A stretch of 63,292 nt of DNA, filler included, from Octopus bimaculoides (lineage: Eukaryota): assembly GCF_001194135.2 (NCBI RefSeq). It is 4 parts of 4 records of this genome, joined end to end, with 100 filler letters (N's around TTAATTAATTAA, not from the genome) between each part and the next. Parts side by side here need not be neighbours in the genome. Positions count along the whole stretch, not along the records: positions 10,503 to 28,756 come from NC_068984.1; positions 28,857 to 58,680 come from NC_068981.1; 2 more parts are not named here. One strand, 5' to 3'. Below are positions 26,905 to 39,780 of this stretch, in pieces; position 1 is the first letter of the stretch, and each line of letters starts with the position of its first letter. The position numbers and the translations under genes were made by a program. The notes beneath the pieces were generated by a model. That model did not search any database. It was not told the origin of the DNA and worked only from the letters and a program-made list of their open reading frames with translations.

Positions 26905-27699
26905 AAAACCTGTATGACAGACAAACTATACCAGGCAATTTGTCCCTCACACAGTACACACTGTTGACCGCATTCAATCACTGTTATCTGCTTTTCGTAA
27001 CTCATCCCATTTCCTTGCGTGAGTCACAGCAAACAGTTAAGTCAAACGCTACAGTACAGTACTGTCTGTAGCTTATTACTAGAGTTTCTAACCACAAACA
27101 GTAGAGCAAAATGCCATTGGAAAGCTAAACACATTCCTGGAATCGAATAGCACTCGCCAGTACTGCTCCATCATAAACTGAACTGACTTTATTATGTCGC
27201 ACCATTGCCAACTATGTTCAAATAACAGCTTTACTTTTTGTCATATTTCACAGCATGTGCCTTAGCTCTGAAAATGTAACCTTCATTTTTTTAATAAGAT
27301 GAAGGGAGAGGTCAGAAGTGAGACCTTTCTTCTTTGTCTATTCTAATTTACTCACTATTTATCAACTAAATCTTATCAATTTTTCTTCAACCTCCTCCTG
27401 TTCGAGGTGTCCTACCACTAGCTGTTGACACTCTTTCTCGTCAACTACCATTAAACTAAATCACTAATCAGGAGGCTCTGGTCGGAAATGACGCTTTCTG
27501 TTTCCAGTAACCGAGTCCTTGTCTATTCGTTCTATCGTGATCAACCGTGCAAATCGCAAATATAGGAACTATGTGGCCAAACATTTGAAATTTTAAACAA
27601 CTTAGGTTGTTCCTGTTCATTGACCCAGCACATATTCTATCTAGATGAAACTAGACGACCGGAAGACTTTGCTTTATGGCTTCAGTGATTCCTTGAAGA

Positions 27700-28020
27700 A
27701 ATTCAAATAGTATTTTTCCGACATTTTGAGGAGGTTTGAGAGAGGCATTACAACCCAAGACTATCCCACTGTGCGTCAGAAGTACCATTCTAGTCTCAGT
27801 CATATGTGCTAACTCTCGGATCCAGGAAAATAATTCGTACTAGAGACACAAACCTCTTCGAAGCAAGTCTTCTCGTTGGCCACGGCATCCGAGAGGCGTG
27901 ACCGTAGAAATTTGGAGGGTGGCAACTTACCCTCAGCAAATTTGTAGCAATTTATTTTTATTGAACTTGTCCTCGGATTCATGAAAAACAAAGTCGCTCT
28001 GAGTAAGATTTGATCCAATA
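27700..28020 (-). mobile_element. Possible mariner N-terminal remnant
   Basis: IKINCYKFAEG...SDAVANEKTCFE loosely resembles the mariner HTH region. Highly decayed. Confidence 0.3.
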
Positions 28021-28511
28021 ACCAAACTTATCGTAATTAAAACATCATCAGTAAAACATCAAACACCAATAAGGAGAAAAGGGACGAAAAGGAAAAAAAG
28101 GTAGGAAAAGGGACTCGAAAGAATGGAATAAAGATTAAATTCTCACCTTTTTCCACTTTATAGGTTACGTTGAAAAGTATATTTAACTGCCAAACACTTG
28201 CTATTGATGTCCAATTAATGTACCGTAACGTTATGCTTGACACCTCACCGAATTCCATCGTGACATATCACACCTTGAACTGGCTCTTCAGGTGACAACC
28301 GGAAACTTGCGACAATACGTTTCGTTAATGCTGTATTTCTTTTTAATACGGATGGGGTTTTCGGTGATGCGTGCAAATACATCATTAACATGACATGTCT
28401 TACACACATGTAAATAATACTGACACACATGCATACAAATACTTACACAAAAAAAGCTGTAGAGATATAAACATACCTACCTACGCACACACAAACACAC
28501 ACACATATGTA

Positions 28512-28548
<37 letters not shown>

Positions 28549-28800
28549 TATATATATATATTCACGTAGTATATAAGTGTATGTACATCCGTGCGAGTAC
28601 GTTAACATACATACACAAGCACATACGTACATACATGTGTGTGTGTGTGAAAGAGCGAGAGAGAGAGGGGCAAATGACCTAGTGGGTAGGATGTTGCACT
28701 CACGATCATACGTCATGTTTGACGGGGGAGTCCACCATATGTATATGTATATATATNNNNNNNNNNNNNNNNNNNNNNNNNNNNNNNNNNNNNNNNNNNN

Positions 28801-28812
28801 TTAATTAATTAA
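28801..28812. other. Artificial scaffold spacer TTAATTAATTAA
   Basis: Same 44N-12-44N layout. Confidence 0.9.
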
Positions 28813-28926
28813 NNNNNNNNNNNNNNNNNNNNNNNNNNNNNNNNNNNNNNNNNNNNCTCTTCGTTGACTGATCTCCGTCGAGCCAAGACGTCCAACAGAG
28901 CTCTCTCACATGTCAGCACCAGAGCT

Positions 28927-28995
28927 TCACAAATAACCACGGAAATCATTCAGGAGGCGTCTCAGTAACCGAGGGCGACGAGCTACTGAATTCCA
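28927..28995 (-). CDS. Candidate terminal exon WNSVARRPRLLRRLLNDFRGYL*
   Basis: tatttatttacag acceptor, GC-richer unique sequence, phase 0. Confidence 0.25.
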   Translation of the reverse strand, partial: WNSVARRPRLLRRLLNDFRGYL

Positions 28996-30612
28996 CTGTA
29001 AATAAATATTGTTATGTTGTTCAGAATCTGCGTTCCGTTGTTTCTTCTAGAAATTTAATGTACGGAAGTGGTGTACACCTAATGGTGTATAACCACTTCC
29101 CTACATAGGCTTCCAAAGAATAAGTCCTGGGGTCGATTTGCTCGACTAAAGGCGGTGCTCCAGCATGGCCACAGTCAAATGACTGAAACAAGTAAAAGAA
29201 TATTGGATATATTTCGGTTTTAATATGGCCTCATCAATGATCATAGTCTATCCTGCGTTTGCAGTAGTAGTGATGAAAAAACATCTAAAAACTTTATTTT
29301 GTAAATAATTCCTTTTCTGTGTTAAACAATGTACATTTATTTAATAACTACTGTGGCGAATATGCTGAAGGCTATACTTCATCGGTAAGTTTATAATTAG
29401 GTGGAAATATGTCATAAGCTATCTGCAGCATTCGCTGAAAGAAAAATTAGCATTAGTAATTGCTTACTATTGTGTCTTCCTAATGTTCTCGGTATGTTAA
29501 TAAAGCTTAACAATTAGAAACCGGTTCCAGTTAGGGATAGTTGTAACTTAATCAAAATTACATCGTTTTGTCGGGAGGTTGCTTAGTCACCAATGTAGCG
29601 TAGTTGCGATGTTGGATGTGTGTTGTGGTGATGCCCGTCGTTGTGTAGTCTGGCTGGTTGTGTATATTATAATTGAAACAAACTTTTAACATATTTATTG
29701 ATGAACATGATTTACCGTGTGGGTTATCTAAAAAAGAAAGATACAGATACAATAACTGCCAGCTGAGAAGAGAGAACCGCGCCGAGTCTTGTTAAAGGTT
29801 AGCTGTGGTACATTGTGTGAATGTCCGGAGTTGTTTCTTACTTGAGGTGTGTTACCCGAGTTCTGAGGTGGTCTGCCTTTGAGTTAGGTGTCAAACTCTT
29901 TTTGTAGGGTCAAAGGGGGAAAATTTTAGAGCATCCAAGGAGTCATATCACACCACAGCATCACGCTGTTTGATCGATTTATCAATCGATCACGTTAAAA
30001 TTTAGTGGCTTACTCCTAATCCCTACCTGAATATTTCGAGATTGTGGTTCGAATCTACAGTTTCATAACGCTCTCTCTTCCTAAATATCTAAAACATCGA
30101 TAGGTACTGGACTGTTGACGAGGAAATTTTTGACTTTTTTAGCCTCCTGCCACACTGAAATACCAGACGATACTTGGGAGGATACCTTTCTCTTCCAGCA
30201 CCTCAGTAAAACAATCAGCTGCAGCAATACTGTGTTTGGTGTTATTTCAAAATGTTTTAGAGAGGAACACTAGTTTCCCCAAGCACAATGTATGATTAAA
30301 ATTGAAAGTTTATGCTTGCCTTTATTCTTATTTGTTGATTTCCTCCTCGCTTCATTTTCTAAATTTTGGACTTTTTCTTCGGATTATTGCTGATAATTTT
30401 TACTCCCATTTTTAAGAAGGCGTTGTTTCAAAATTTTCTACCAAAATTGTTCTACCAATGCTTTTGCATCCCAAATGTACACACGCTAGAATACACAAAA
30501 ATTTCATATTGCTACCTTAAAGGAAAATTCATTGTGAATGCTGGTGAGCTTAAAGTATTGCTTGTAACATAAAAATATTATCCACACCTTGACTATTGCA
30601 CTCTCTTCATAC

Positions 30613-30650
30613 CATAAATTCTGACTTATCATGAATCAACAATGGAGTCT
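30613..30650 (-). CDS. Candidate internal exon (E)TPLLIHDKSEFM
   Basis: gttcttgcag acceptor and ATG|gtatga donor. Phase-compatible with 32229-32418. Confidence 0.2.
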
Positions 30651-31059
30651 CTGCAAGAACGTCGATCTATCTCAAAAGTAAACTTCATTGTCTTGAGAAA
30701 AGAAGGATTGATTGGACACACTATACTTAGAGAAAAATCTTCATAGTCTTTGCGGGGAATGCCTTTGGTCATATGTCTGTTCAATCAGTGTTGACCTTGG
30801 GCTGAACAACTACAGTAGCACTAGCAGCTTACTTGGTCAGTGACCTGTAATATCTACACCATGCCCCGCTTTGATTTTCAGAATAAACAACCAACTAGCT
30901 TAACAGTTTTTAAAAAATGGGGTAGGATGGGGACAAATCTTAAGCAATGTAATTCAGTTGAAACCGTCTTCACCAGAATGCTGTAAACGTCTTACGAATT
31001 GATGTCATTTATAAAAACAAGTCCTCTTTTTTTTCCTTTATGTTAATACTTGTTTCAAG

Positions 31060-31262
31060 TTTGGCACAAGGCCCACAATTTCGGGGGAAATTAGTAAGTA
31101 GAGTATATCGACACCAGTCCTCAACTGGTACTTATTTTATCGACTCAGAAATGATGAAAGGCAAAGTCGACCTCAGCGGATTTGAACTCAGAACGTAAAG
31201 TCAGGCAAAATGCCGCTAAGCATTTTGCCCGGCATGGTAACACTTATAGCAGCTAGCTAGCA
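31060..31262 (-). mobile_element. SINE family A copy
   Basis: ggcacaaggcc...ctggtacttattttatcgac...aaagtcgacctc.gcggatttgaactcagaacgtaaag. Confidence 0.85.
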
Positions 31263-31825
31263 TTTTGCTTTATGTAAATATTGATCTCTAACATACGCAT
31301 GAGATCTCAAATTGGTGACCGGTAATAAAGTCACAATTTTGGCGAGGAAAAAAAGTCACAATTAATTCATAGTGGCCGGTAATCGCAGGAAAAAAAGTCT
31401 TAATCAATTTATGGGATCAGGACAAAACCCCCTTGGACACCCCGCCCCCGGACAAAATCCCTGTGACTTTTTTTTACTTAGATTCTTCAAATTAGAGGGA
31501 TGAATATAGTGGGCTGGTTGGTACTTTATTTTATCAATCCAGAAAGTTGAAAGACAAAGTAGACCTCAAACCCAGACTGGCAAGGACAACTCGGGCGTTT
31601 TTATCTGATGCACTACTTCTGATTTTTAACTTAAGAACAAGCTTCAAATTTTAACGGTAATTATAAGTCATTTAGATTAACCGCTGTTCCTCATTAATGC
31701 AAAATTGACTCCAGTAGGATGAAGAGCAAAGTTGATCCTGAGTAGGATTTGAAACCAGAACGTACAGTATTTGAAAGCATAATTAAATATGTCAATTCAC
31801 TGTTCTTGCACATATGGATATTCTT

Positions 31826-32033
31826 TTCTACTCTAGGCACAAGGACCGAAATCTTTTGGGGAAGGGGACCAGTCAATTAGATCGATACCAGTACGCAACT
31901 GGTACTTAATTTATCGACCACGAAAGGATGAAAAGCAAAGTCGACCTCGGCGGAATTTGAACTTAGAACGTAAAGACAGACGAAATACCGCTAAGTATTT
32001 CGCCCGGCGTGCTAACGTTTCTGCCAGCTCGCC
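31826..32033 (-). mobile_element. SINE family A copy, CpG-intact
   Basis: Near-consensus copy retaining gtcgacctcggcgg and gacgaaataccgc. Confidence 0.9.
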
Positions 32034-32228
32034 AATATCTTGCACACATTGATATTAGAAGATAGAAATGCTGCAAAAAGATATGGATTAAAAGCGAGAA
32101 AATAGAAAAACTACAAAGGAAAGCGGAGTTAGCTCCCCTGAACATAAACACTTTTGTAGATGACGATTGATTTATGTACTTCTAGAAACTCTAATCCACC
32201 CGTTTTTCTCCTAATTCTTATGGCGAAC

Positions 32229-32418
32229 CTTGTTGTTCAGCATCCTTTTTTGCTTCCTGTCTCCCCCTCCATATCCCGGAAGAATTGAAGTGTTTTTTTT
32301 CGTTGACTGAATTCCGGTGACCTCCTAAAACGGGGTGAGGTGGGGTGTTGTGAAACTCGAAAATTTCACCTCCACCCCCATTTTCAAATATTTTTTGCTG
32401 TTTTTTTTCTTTACCCAT
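32229..32418 (-). CDS. Candidate first coding exon MGKEKKQQKIFENGGGGEIF...EAKKDAEQQ (unidentified)
   Basis: 63 open codons in unique sequence. The donor AAG|GTTCGC is weak. Confidence 0.25.
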
Positions 32419-32849
32419 AATTATGGATAGCATTTTACAGAAATACGTTTTCGAGAGGGTGTGGATTACATTAGATTGAAAATTCAAAGAAGTTTGAAAT
32501 GAATATGTGAAAATGCAGAGGTTATTGAAGTTGCAGAGGTTAAAGAAGTGTGGAGAGATAACAAACGATAAATTCACCTTAAAAAAAAAACACGTTAAAG
32601 TTTTTGCATGTATGTGCGAAACGGAATAAAACTGTGTTAACAAAATATCTTTTTCCTACCTCTTAAAATCACTGGATATAATATATATAATAATCCCAAA
32701 TAGATTTTCCTTTTGCAATTTTTGGCGCCGAATTGTGTTTCATTTTTGTGTGGAGAGAGAGAGAGAGAGAGTGTGTGTGAGTGAATGGGTGACGAAGTTT
32801 ACATAAACATTGAATGGGTAACAATTTATCATAATTATATATATCATTA

Positions 32850-32940
32850 TAATGTCATCATCACCATCCTTGTTTAACGTCTGCTTTCCATTCTGGCATG
32901 GTTTGGACGGTTTGATTGAGAACTGGCAAGCCAGGAAAAT
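32850..32940 (-). mobile_element. RTE-type 3' tail fragment
   Basis: Reverse complement of the ccatgccag(c/a)atggaaag...gatgatg tail seen at 42200-42246. Confidence 0.6.
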
Positions 32941-33129
32941 CTATCCGGAATTATTATATATATTATATCCAGTGATATAATACCCTGCTCCCTTTTTTTT
33001 TTCTAAACAAAAATAAGGAGTTTGCAGCATATTAGGAGGGCAGAGTATTTGATTCCACGCAAAAAAATCTGAGTTTTTTTTTGTTTTTTTTTTCCTTAGT
33101 GAAAATCTTGCAGGTGAAAGAATCAAATA

Positions 33130-33260
33130 ATACCACTCATTTTTGCCAGCTGAGTAGACTGGAACAACAGGAAGTAAAGTGTCTTGCTGAAGGACACAAC
33201 GTGCCACCTGGAATCGAACTCACGACCTTACGATCATGAACCAAATACCCTAACCACTTA
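33130..33260 (-). mobile_element. SINE family C fragment
   Basis: ttttgccagctgagtagactgg...aaagtgtcttgct...gaatcgaactcacgacc. Confidence 0.75.
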
Positions 33261-33759
33261 CCTTCACTTGCAACACAACATCTGGCCAAGTGACGACATT
33301 GTGTTAGTTGATATATTTCGATCAGTTTAATTGACTAACCTTTTGCGTTGCTGCATAATGTGGCAAAGGTTGACTTGACGGGAAATTGCTTGCAAATAAG
33401 TGAATGGGGAAGGGAATTGATTCTTTTCTGGCACACAAGTAGCACAAACACACAAAGGAGCACATGAATGGTGCAACAGAACGATCCTTTGGAGATCGTG
33501 TTTTGTGACTGATGACATTTAAGTGACCTACAGCTGTGTTTTCTTTTCTTTTATAGCTGATAAAAGGAATCTCTGACACAGGGAAACATAATAAGTTCAA
33601 CCATAAGAACAGAGCATGTTTTGCTTTCTTCTCAGAATTCAGAAAAATATTCACCATTTTCAGGGGCTTGCATTTCAGTAGTTACATAGAAGCTCCTCCT
33701 CCTCATAGTCATCATCGTCATCATCATCACCACTTCCACCACCATCACCACCACCACCA

Positions 33760-33960
33760 CCACATAATATTTATGTTTTGTGCTGGCATGGGACAGATGG
33801 TTCGACAGGACCCAGTGGGTTCAAGAACTGTATCATGCTTCATTGTCTACTTTGGCATTCTTTCTATGGTTGGATACCCTTCCTAGTGCCAACCAATTTA
33901 TATCTTTTATTGGGTGTTGTTTTTATATCACCAGCTCTACTAAAGTCACTGTGAAACTTG
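33760..33960 (-). mobile_element. RTE-type 3' UTR fragment
   Basis: Reverse of ...aggaagggtatccaacc...cccatgccagc, same family as the 42050-42246 segment. Confidence 0.6.
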
Positions 33961-34599
33961 CAAAGCAAGGAACCATAGGAAAGATGACTTTATGCTGGGT
34001 GATGAGTGAGTTAAAGTATGAAGGAAAGGGTCATGGCTGAAGCTAAGTGGTTACCCATATTTTAGAAGAGAGGTGGTGGTGCTGCAGTGATTGTGATGAA
34101 GCTGGGAACAGATAAAAATAATAGTGATGAGATGTCTGGGTAGGCCAGCCTAGTAAGAGGGGACAAAGGAATTGGGAATGTGGGTGGATAATGGTTGCAA
34201 GAGAGTTTGAGAAGAGGGAGCACAAGAGATATGAGAGAGTGTGGAATGTATCAAAATAATGAATGAAGAGCAGGTGTTAAGGGGTGGATGTTGTGAATGA
34301 TTGATAAGGGATGGACAGGAGTCCAATGATACATGGGGTTGAAGGGCAACAGAAAAATAATATTGATACAGTGGTAAGGAGAGAGGGATAGTTCATGTGT
34401 TTGAGTGGATTGCCAGTGTGGGAGTGGGTGAGAGCTGGTATAGTGTGTGGGGAGAGTGAGAGATGTACAAGGTGGGTGGAAAGTAACTAGGAATTAGAAA
34501 TTGGTTATAGAATTTTTAGTATCAGTGAAGTCATGATGAAAACATTTTTAAACAAACAACACTAATTGGGATTTCTCATTTTCTTATTATCTTATTTCT

Positions 34600-34965
34600 T
34601 ATTTCTTATTTTCCAGGTGGCTGGTCACTTGACTGTTCAGGAGCCAGCAAAGATAGCAGCATGCTATGAAGTGTGGAATTCCATTGTTTTGGTTCAGAGG
34701 CAGTGGCATGCATGGAGAAAGGTAAGCATGCAATACTACATCCAGAGACAATAAAAAGTTGTCATGCAAAGCTGATGACCACAGGCTCTGTGAACGATGC
34801 AAGAAGTGGCCGTCCAACTACATCCTGATCAGCAGAGAATGTTACAAGAGAGCAGGAAATATTTAATCATAACCCACAAAAATCAACACGTCAAGTGGCT
34901 CGTGAAAGTGGACTAACAAGACCCACAATATGAATGGTGCTGCATAAAGAATTGAATTTTTCGTC
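34600..34965 (+). mobile_element. Tc1/mariner-like (DUF4817-type HTH) transposase remnant
   Basis: With frameshifts: HLTVQEPAKIAACYEVWNSIVLVQRQW...TIKSCHAKLMTTGSVND..RSGRPTTS*SAENVTR..EIFNHNPQKSTRQVARESGL. Confidence 0.65.
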
Positions 34966-35814
34966 ATATGCTAGATTATTTTCTTGGTATAAAGTAGAAG
35001 TAGGATGGCCTGTTTGTCTCTGATTTCTTTAACAATAAGGTTGCTGTTTTTCAGAAGTAATAATTTGTGTACAAAATGAGGCAAAAGAAAATAAATAATT
35101 ATAATTCAGATATTTTTTTCTATTGCTATTAGCTTCCTTATTATTCTCATCAGAGTGCAGTTGCAGTTCATTAGTATAAAGTGCACTTTGATAAAAGATA
35201 AAAAAAGATATAACATTCTTATGGTTGCATTGGTTGTTTTACATGCTTATTGCATCATACAACACAGCTTGCTCATTGACATTTAGATGACTATCACTTT
35301 GATAAAGTGCTCTTTAATAAACTGCCACACAGGTGGAAGTCATACTTTGTGGCAACAGCTTAGAAGCTCATTTTTTAAGATGTTGATGATGTAAAGTTCA
35401 ACAACAACTTGTTCATTCTGAGGTCCTCTTATAGAAACACCAAATCAACTCTTACATCTTGTTATTTTTTTTCATATTTCTCAGATCATACACCTGTTAT
35501 TTTGTTCATGATTTCTTGTCACACTCAATACCTTTCTTGAAGTTCTTCCTTATATTCTTCTCACTGTCCTTCTAATATATATATATATATATATATATAA
35601 TCAATTAATGAAACAGAAAATGGATTTGGTATTTGTCTTTATATTCTGTATGATGATCATTTTGACCCATTCTGCAACTGTCCTATATGTGTGGGATGAT
35701 GTGCATCATATTGTGTTGCATAAATTTTGCAGTCTGGATCATGTCAGGTACTTGCATACATAAAGTGGTGGTGTCCTGCTGAAAATACTGTGTTTAGATG
35801 GTCACACTCACACA

Positions 35815-36530
35815 CATTGTTGGAGATGCAGGTAAATGAGTTGGTAATGTGGTAGGGGTAGTGATGGGTGCTGGTGAGGATAGAGGTGTTGGAGAGGTTG
35901 GAGAAAGGGGTGACTGCATGGGCAAGAGCAAGAGAAGGAGCCAGGAGTAGGAAAGAAACTATGGACCAGAGGGTCATGCAGATTATAAGTGTATTGGAAG
36001 GAGGGAAAGGGTGGGTTGTGGAAGATATGGGAGGTGGAGGGGTTGGACTGAAGTCAATGGAAGGCTCGGAGAATGGTACATTGGCAGGGTAGGGTGGAAG
36101 TGTGGTAGGTGAGAGGAAAAGGGAGGCAAGTAAGGGTGGGGTAGATGCGTAAAAGAGAGCAGAGGCACAATCAATGGATTATGCACAGATGAGGGGATAT
36201 CCAAACAGGGTGAAGTGGTGAGCCATGAGCTGAAACTGGGTCTCAAAGTCATGGTCATCACTGTAGAGCCTGCATAGATGAAGGAATTGGGAGTAGGGGA
36301 TGGAGTATTTGATGTTGGTAGGGTGGGAGTGGGAGGAGTTGAGATAGGAGTGTGAGTCTGTGTGTTTGTAATGGATGGAGGTGGTAAGAGCAGAGTGGTG
36401 GATATTAACAGATATGTTGAGAAATTCAATGGAGGAGTTGGAGACAGTGCAGAATTCAAGGGCAGGATGGAAGGACTGGACAAAGAGGGGGAAAGAATTA
36501 AGATGTTCATGAGAGAGTGACCCACACATT
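35815..36530 (-). mobile_element. Penelope-like RT C-terminus and start of GIY-YIG, decayed
   Basis: IEFLNISV...TSIHYKHTDSHSYLNSSHSHPTNIKYSIPYSQFLHLCRLYS and HITNSFTCISNNV. Confidence 0.85.
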
Positions 36531-37229
36531 ATAGAATCTATTATAGATTATGTAACAAAGCAATAATTTACATGCATACAAATATCTTACTGTTGTCCTA
36601 TTTTAGTCCATAAAATACTTGACATATAAGAGAGATATTTTCCAGTCTATTTCACTGCACAAAAAAAAAAATGTTCCCTTAGCTATATCATTCGTCTAAA
36701 AGCGAGTTGAAAATCATGTGATTGGGGTAAATATGATACCAATAGTATACTACTAGATCAATTCATTGAGCCACACCATGAAAATAAAACTATTTCATTC
36801 AAACAGCTTCTCACATCTTAGAATTTGATAGCATTTGTACAGACACATGATCTAACTGAATAGCTAACAAGACACAAGGAAGAAAGTACATCTAATATGC
36901 ATGATAAAGTTAATAAAAAAATAATTCTGTTATGGATGTAGTTTGAGAATTCATATCTTGTTTGAGCCTAAATTCCTTGCTTTCGAGGAAATTTGAACAT
37001 TATGTCAATATTGTAACTGCGAATGCAATTCCTAAACTTATGGTCTTATCTAATTGAAATATTCAAAGGAAGACTCAACTACTTAAGCAATAGTAGAAGC
37101 AGTTGTGAACTGGTACATGGAAAAATCTGGTAATTATAACTTATTTACCTATAAAAACACAAGCTTACAGATAAATCAGTTATTGTTCTATAATAAGATT
37201 GAATCATAATTCCTTTTGTGCTAAGAACA

Positions 37230-37830
37230 AAATTACTAGAAATTGCCCATAAGTATTATGTTGAAATCATAAAACAAAGGAGCTCCTAAAAAGTAAATTA
37301 AGGTGGTATAACATTCACAAAGCTTTAGAAAAAAAGAATAGGAATAGTTTGACATATGTGTGTGTGTTACTTGAACTGCTTGATCTACTGGAATACTTAA
37401 TAATGCATACAATGCCAAATATTTAGGAGGAACTACATGTAGATTTCAAGGGGCAATAACCCAGGGGAGAATCACTCAGTTGTGGATGAAACATAATATT
37501 GGTCACATATTTAAAAATCTGATCAGATGCACGGAACTCCTTTTTATATTCTGAAGAATTTGTCAAAGAATCGTTTCTGATAATGACCAACAATTTATGC
37601 CGCAACAAGTTTGGAACAATGGTGAGTGCAACATTAAAAGGTTATACATGACTATCTGCGATCAAATACTCCAGTAGAAAGATCTAACTTCACTATTTTC
37701 AAAAATCAAGTCTTCACTTGTTTGAAGATAGTAAACTGTAGAAGAGAAAAATTTGAAAGCTTTTATTGCTTTACAGAAACACTCCTCATTCATCAACAAA
37801 GCATCATCTGTTCAACTCTTAAATTACTTC
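37230..37830 (-). mobile_element. Penelope-like RT core remnant
   Basis: Fragments LKIVKLDLSTGVFDR, ALYALLSIPVDQAVQV, FLKLC...YF...IILMGN match PLE RT motifs (KADKG region, SLFTSIPVDEAI, GIAMG). Confidence 0.6.
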
Positions 37831-37899
37831 TCATTATATAAACTTCCTACAACTGACAATAAAGGGAGTACAGTTATTAATGATAAGTGTTACGAATGC

Positions 37900-39780
37900 A
37901 CTTATTGATGAAATTAATGTATACTGAGTGCAGTTATTAATGAAAATCTAATGTGAAAAACTATTCTGATCTAAAAACCTGGTACCCAGATGCAGAAGTG
38001 GGTAACCATATCATCTTGAAAAAAATCAACAATCAGGAAATACTAATCAAAATATAATTTGACTCAGTTTATTGTTAACATGAAAGAGGGCAGATTGATT
38101 GAGAGCACATTTCTGGATAGAGAACAGTCATGCAAGAAGTCCTAATAATAGGGATCCTAATCAAAAGTTTGTATGAGAATTTAGTTTACTGGATGAATCA
38201 ACCAACTAAAGTATCTATGAGAATGATTTTGTGTTGCAAACAGTGAACATGACCCTGAATCCCTTGAAACTACAACATAACCCCCATATGTCTCCAAGAA
38301 AAACAAGGATATACTAATAATCAGATTCAGTTCTTAATGTGAATGCAATAAAAAGAAAAAGATGGAGAAGATATAATATTCATATGGTAGTGAGAATTCC
38401 ATTTTTAACTGATTAAAAATGAAACTTGAAAAAGACTTGTAAGAATTGGCTGCAATGTGCACACTATGTACAACTGTCTCCAAACCTTCGAGTTATTGAT
38501 AATTGATCCTGAAGTATTTATTGTGTAAATTTCCAAATATTTTTACATATAAACAGCTTGTGTGACATAGTAACATAGCTGAGACAATTGTATGACTTTA
38601 CTGGAGTGGAATACAAAAAGCTATTACATGGTAATATCAGATTTTTGCCAATGCTTTGAAAGAATTTTTACATTCTTGTTAGTTCGAAAGGTGGAGGCAC
38701 AACGGCCCATTGGTTAGGTAGTGTACTCGCAGTCGGAGGATCACGGTTTCGATTCCCAGATGGCGTTGTGTTTGTTTATTGAGTGAAAACACCTAAAGCT
38801 CCACGAGGCTCTGGCAGGAGGTGGTGGCGACCCCTGTTGTACTCTTTCGCCCCAACTTTCTCTCACTCTTTCTTCCTGTTTCTTGAGTAACGCTGCGATG
38901 GACTGGCATCCCGTCCAGCTGGGGGTGGACACACATGCACCATAGAAACCGGGAAACTGGGCCCATGAGCCTGGCTAGGCTTTAAAAGGGCGAGAAAGAG
39001 AGAAGAGTTCGTTCGAAATCCTACTCTTGTTTGAAAAACACTGCTTGAGACTGATAAAACAATTTTTTGAAAATAATTTTGAAGAAGTGTATTTATGATT
39101 TGAAGGAGTGTATTATGATTTGCAGCCTTTCCAACAAGTTGATTCAAGCCATGGAGAAGGATAATTCCAAAGTAGCAGATATTAAACTAGAAATACAAAC
39201 TATTACAAGTGTAGAATAATGAAAAACTGTGAATTTCTAACTCAAAATGCAAAATGCCTTGACTAGAAAAATTCAAAGAAAATGGTGTAAATATTGAAAA
39301 AGTGGAGACAGAATTTAAAAGTTTTTAAGAAAGATGTCTAATGTACCTGGACCTATGGATAAAGAACTTTGAACTTAAAACAGACTTTGTGTGGGTAAAT
39401 TCTAGAGATATCTTAGTGCAGTATTGAGCAGTCTGTAGTCAAGATCAACCACAGAACTAGAAAGTAGTCAATAAAAACTGATAAATTCTTTGACAAGATC
39501 ATTATAGCAAAAAGTTATTGAGTTTCTACTGTAGAAGTTCAGGCAAATCAAAATTTTGTAAAGGAAAGGGGTATTTATTTTAGCTCATTGCAAAGTAAAA
39601 CACAGTAAAAAAATCTTAGTTCTGTGGAAGAATACATTCTTTGTCTTTCTAGTATTTCTGTATTAGTTGAGTGAGTGTTTTCTATGATAAATAATGTCTG
39701 GTTAGAAGAGGGGCAACATGGCAGAAGCTACAGTTTAGTGTCTTCTGACGACTGAAATAAATTTCCAAAGACTTGCTTAG
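37900..39780 (+). mobile_element. Decayed hAT-type DNA transposon (interrupted by a SINE)
   Basis: 39612-39715 translates NLSSVEEYILCLSSISVLVE*VFSMINNVWLEEG, the hAT dimerisation-domain ERVFS motif with CGA>TGA. The 5' extent is approximate. Confidence 0.6.
38690..39000 (+). mobile_element. Distinct tRNA-head SINE with gcgatggactggcatcccgtcca central block
   Basis: tRNA-like head (ggtttcgattccc B box) and a central/3' block ending gaaaccgggaaactgggcccatgagcc. Inserted in the hAT remnant. Confidence 0.7.

Noticed and set aside
35983-36525. 180-aa Pro/Ser/Leu-rich ORF as a host gene
   Set aside because: It is an alternative frame of the Penelope-like RT remnant.
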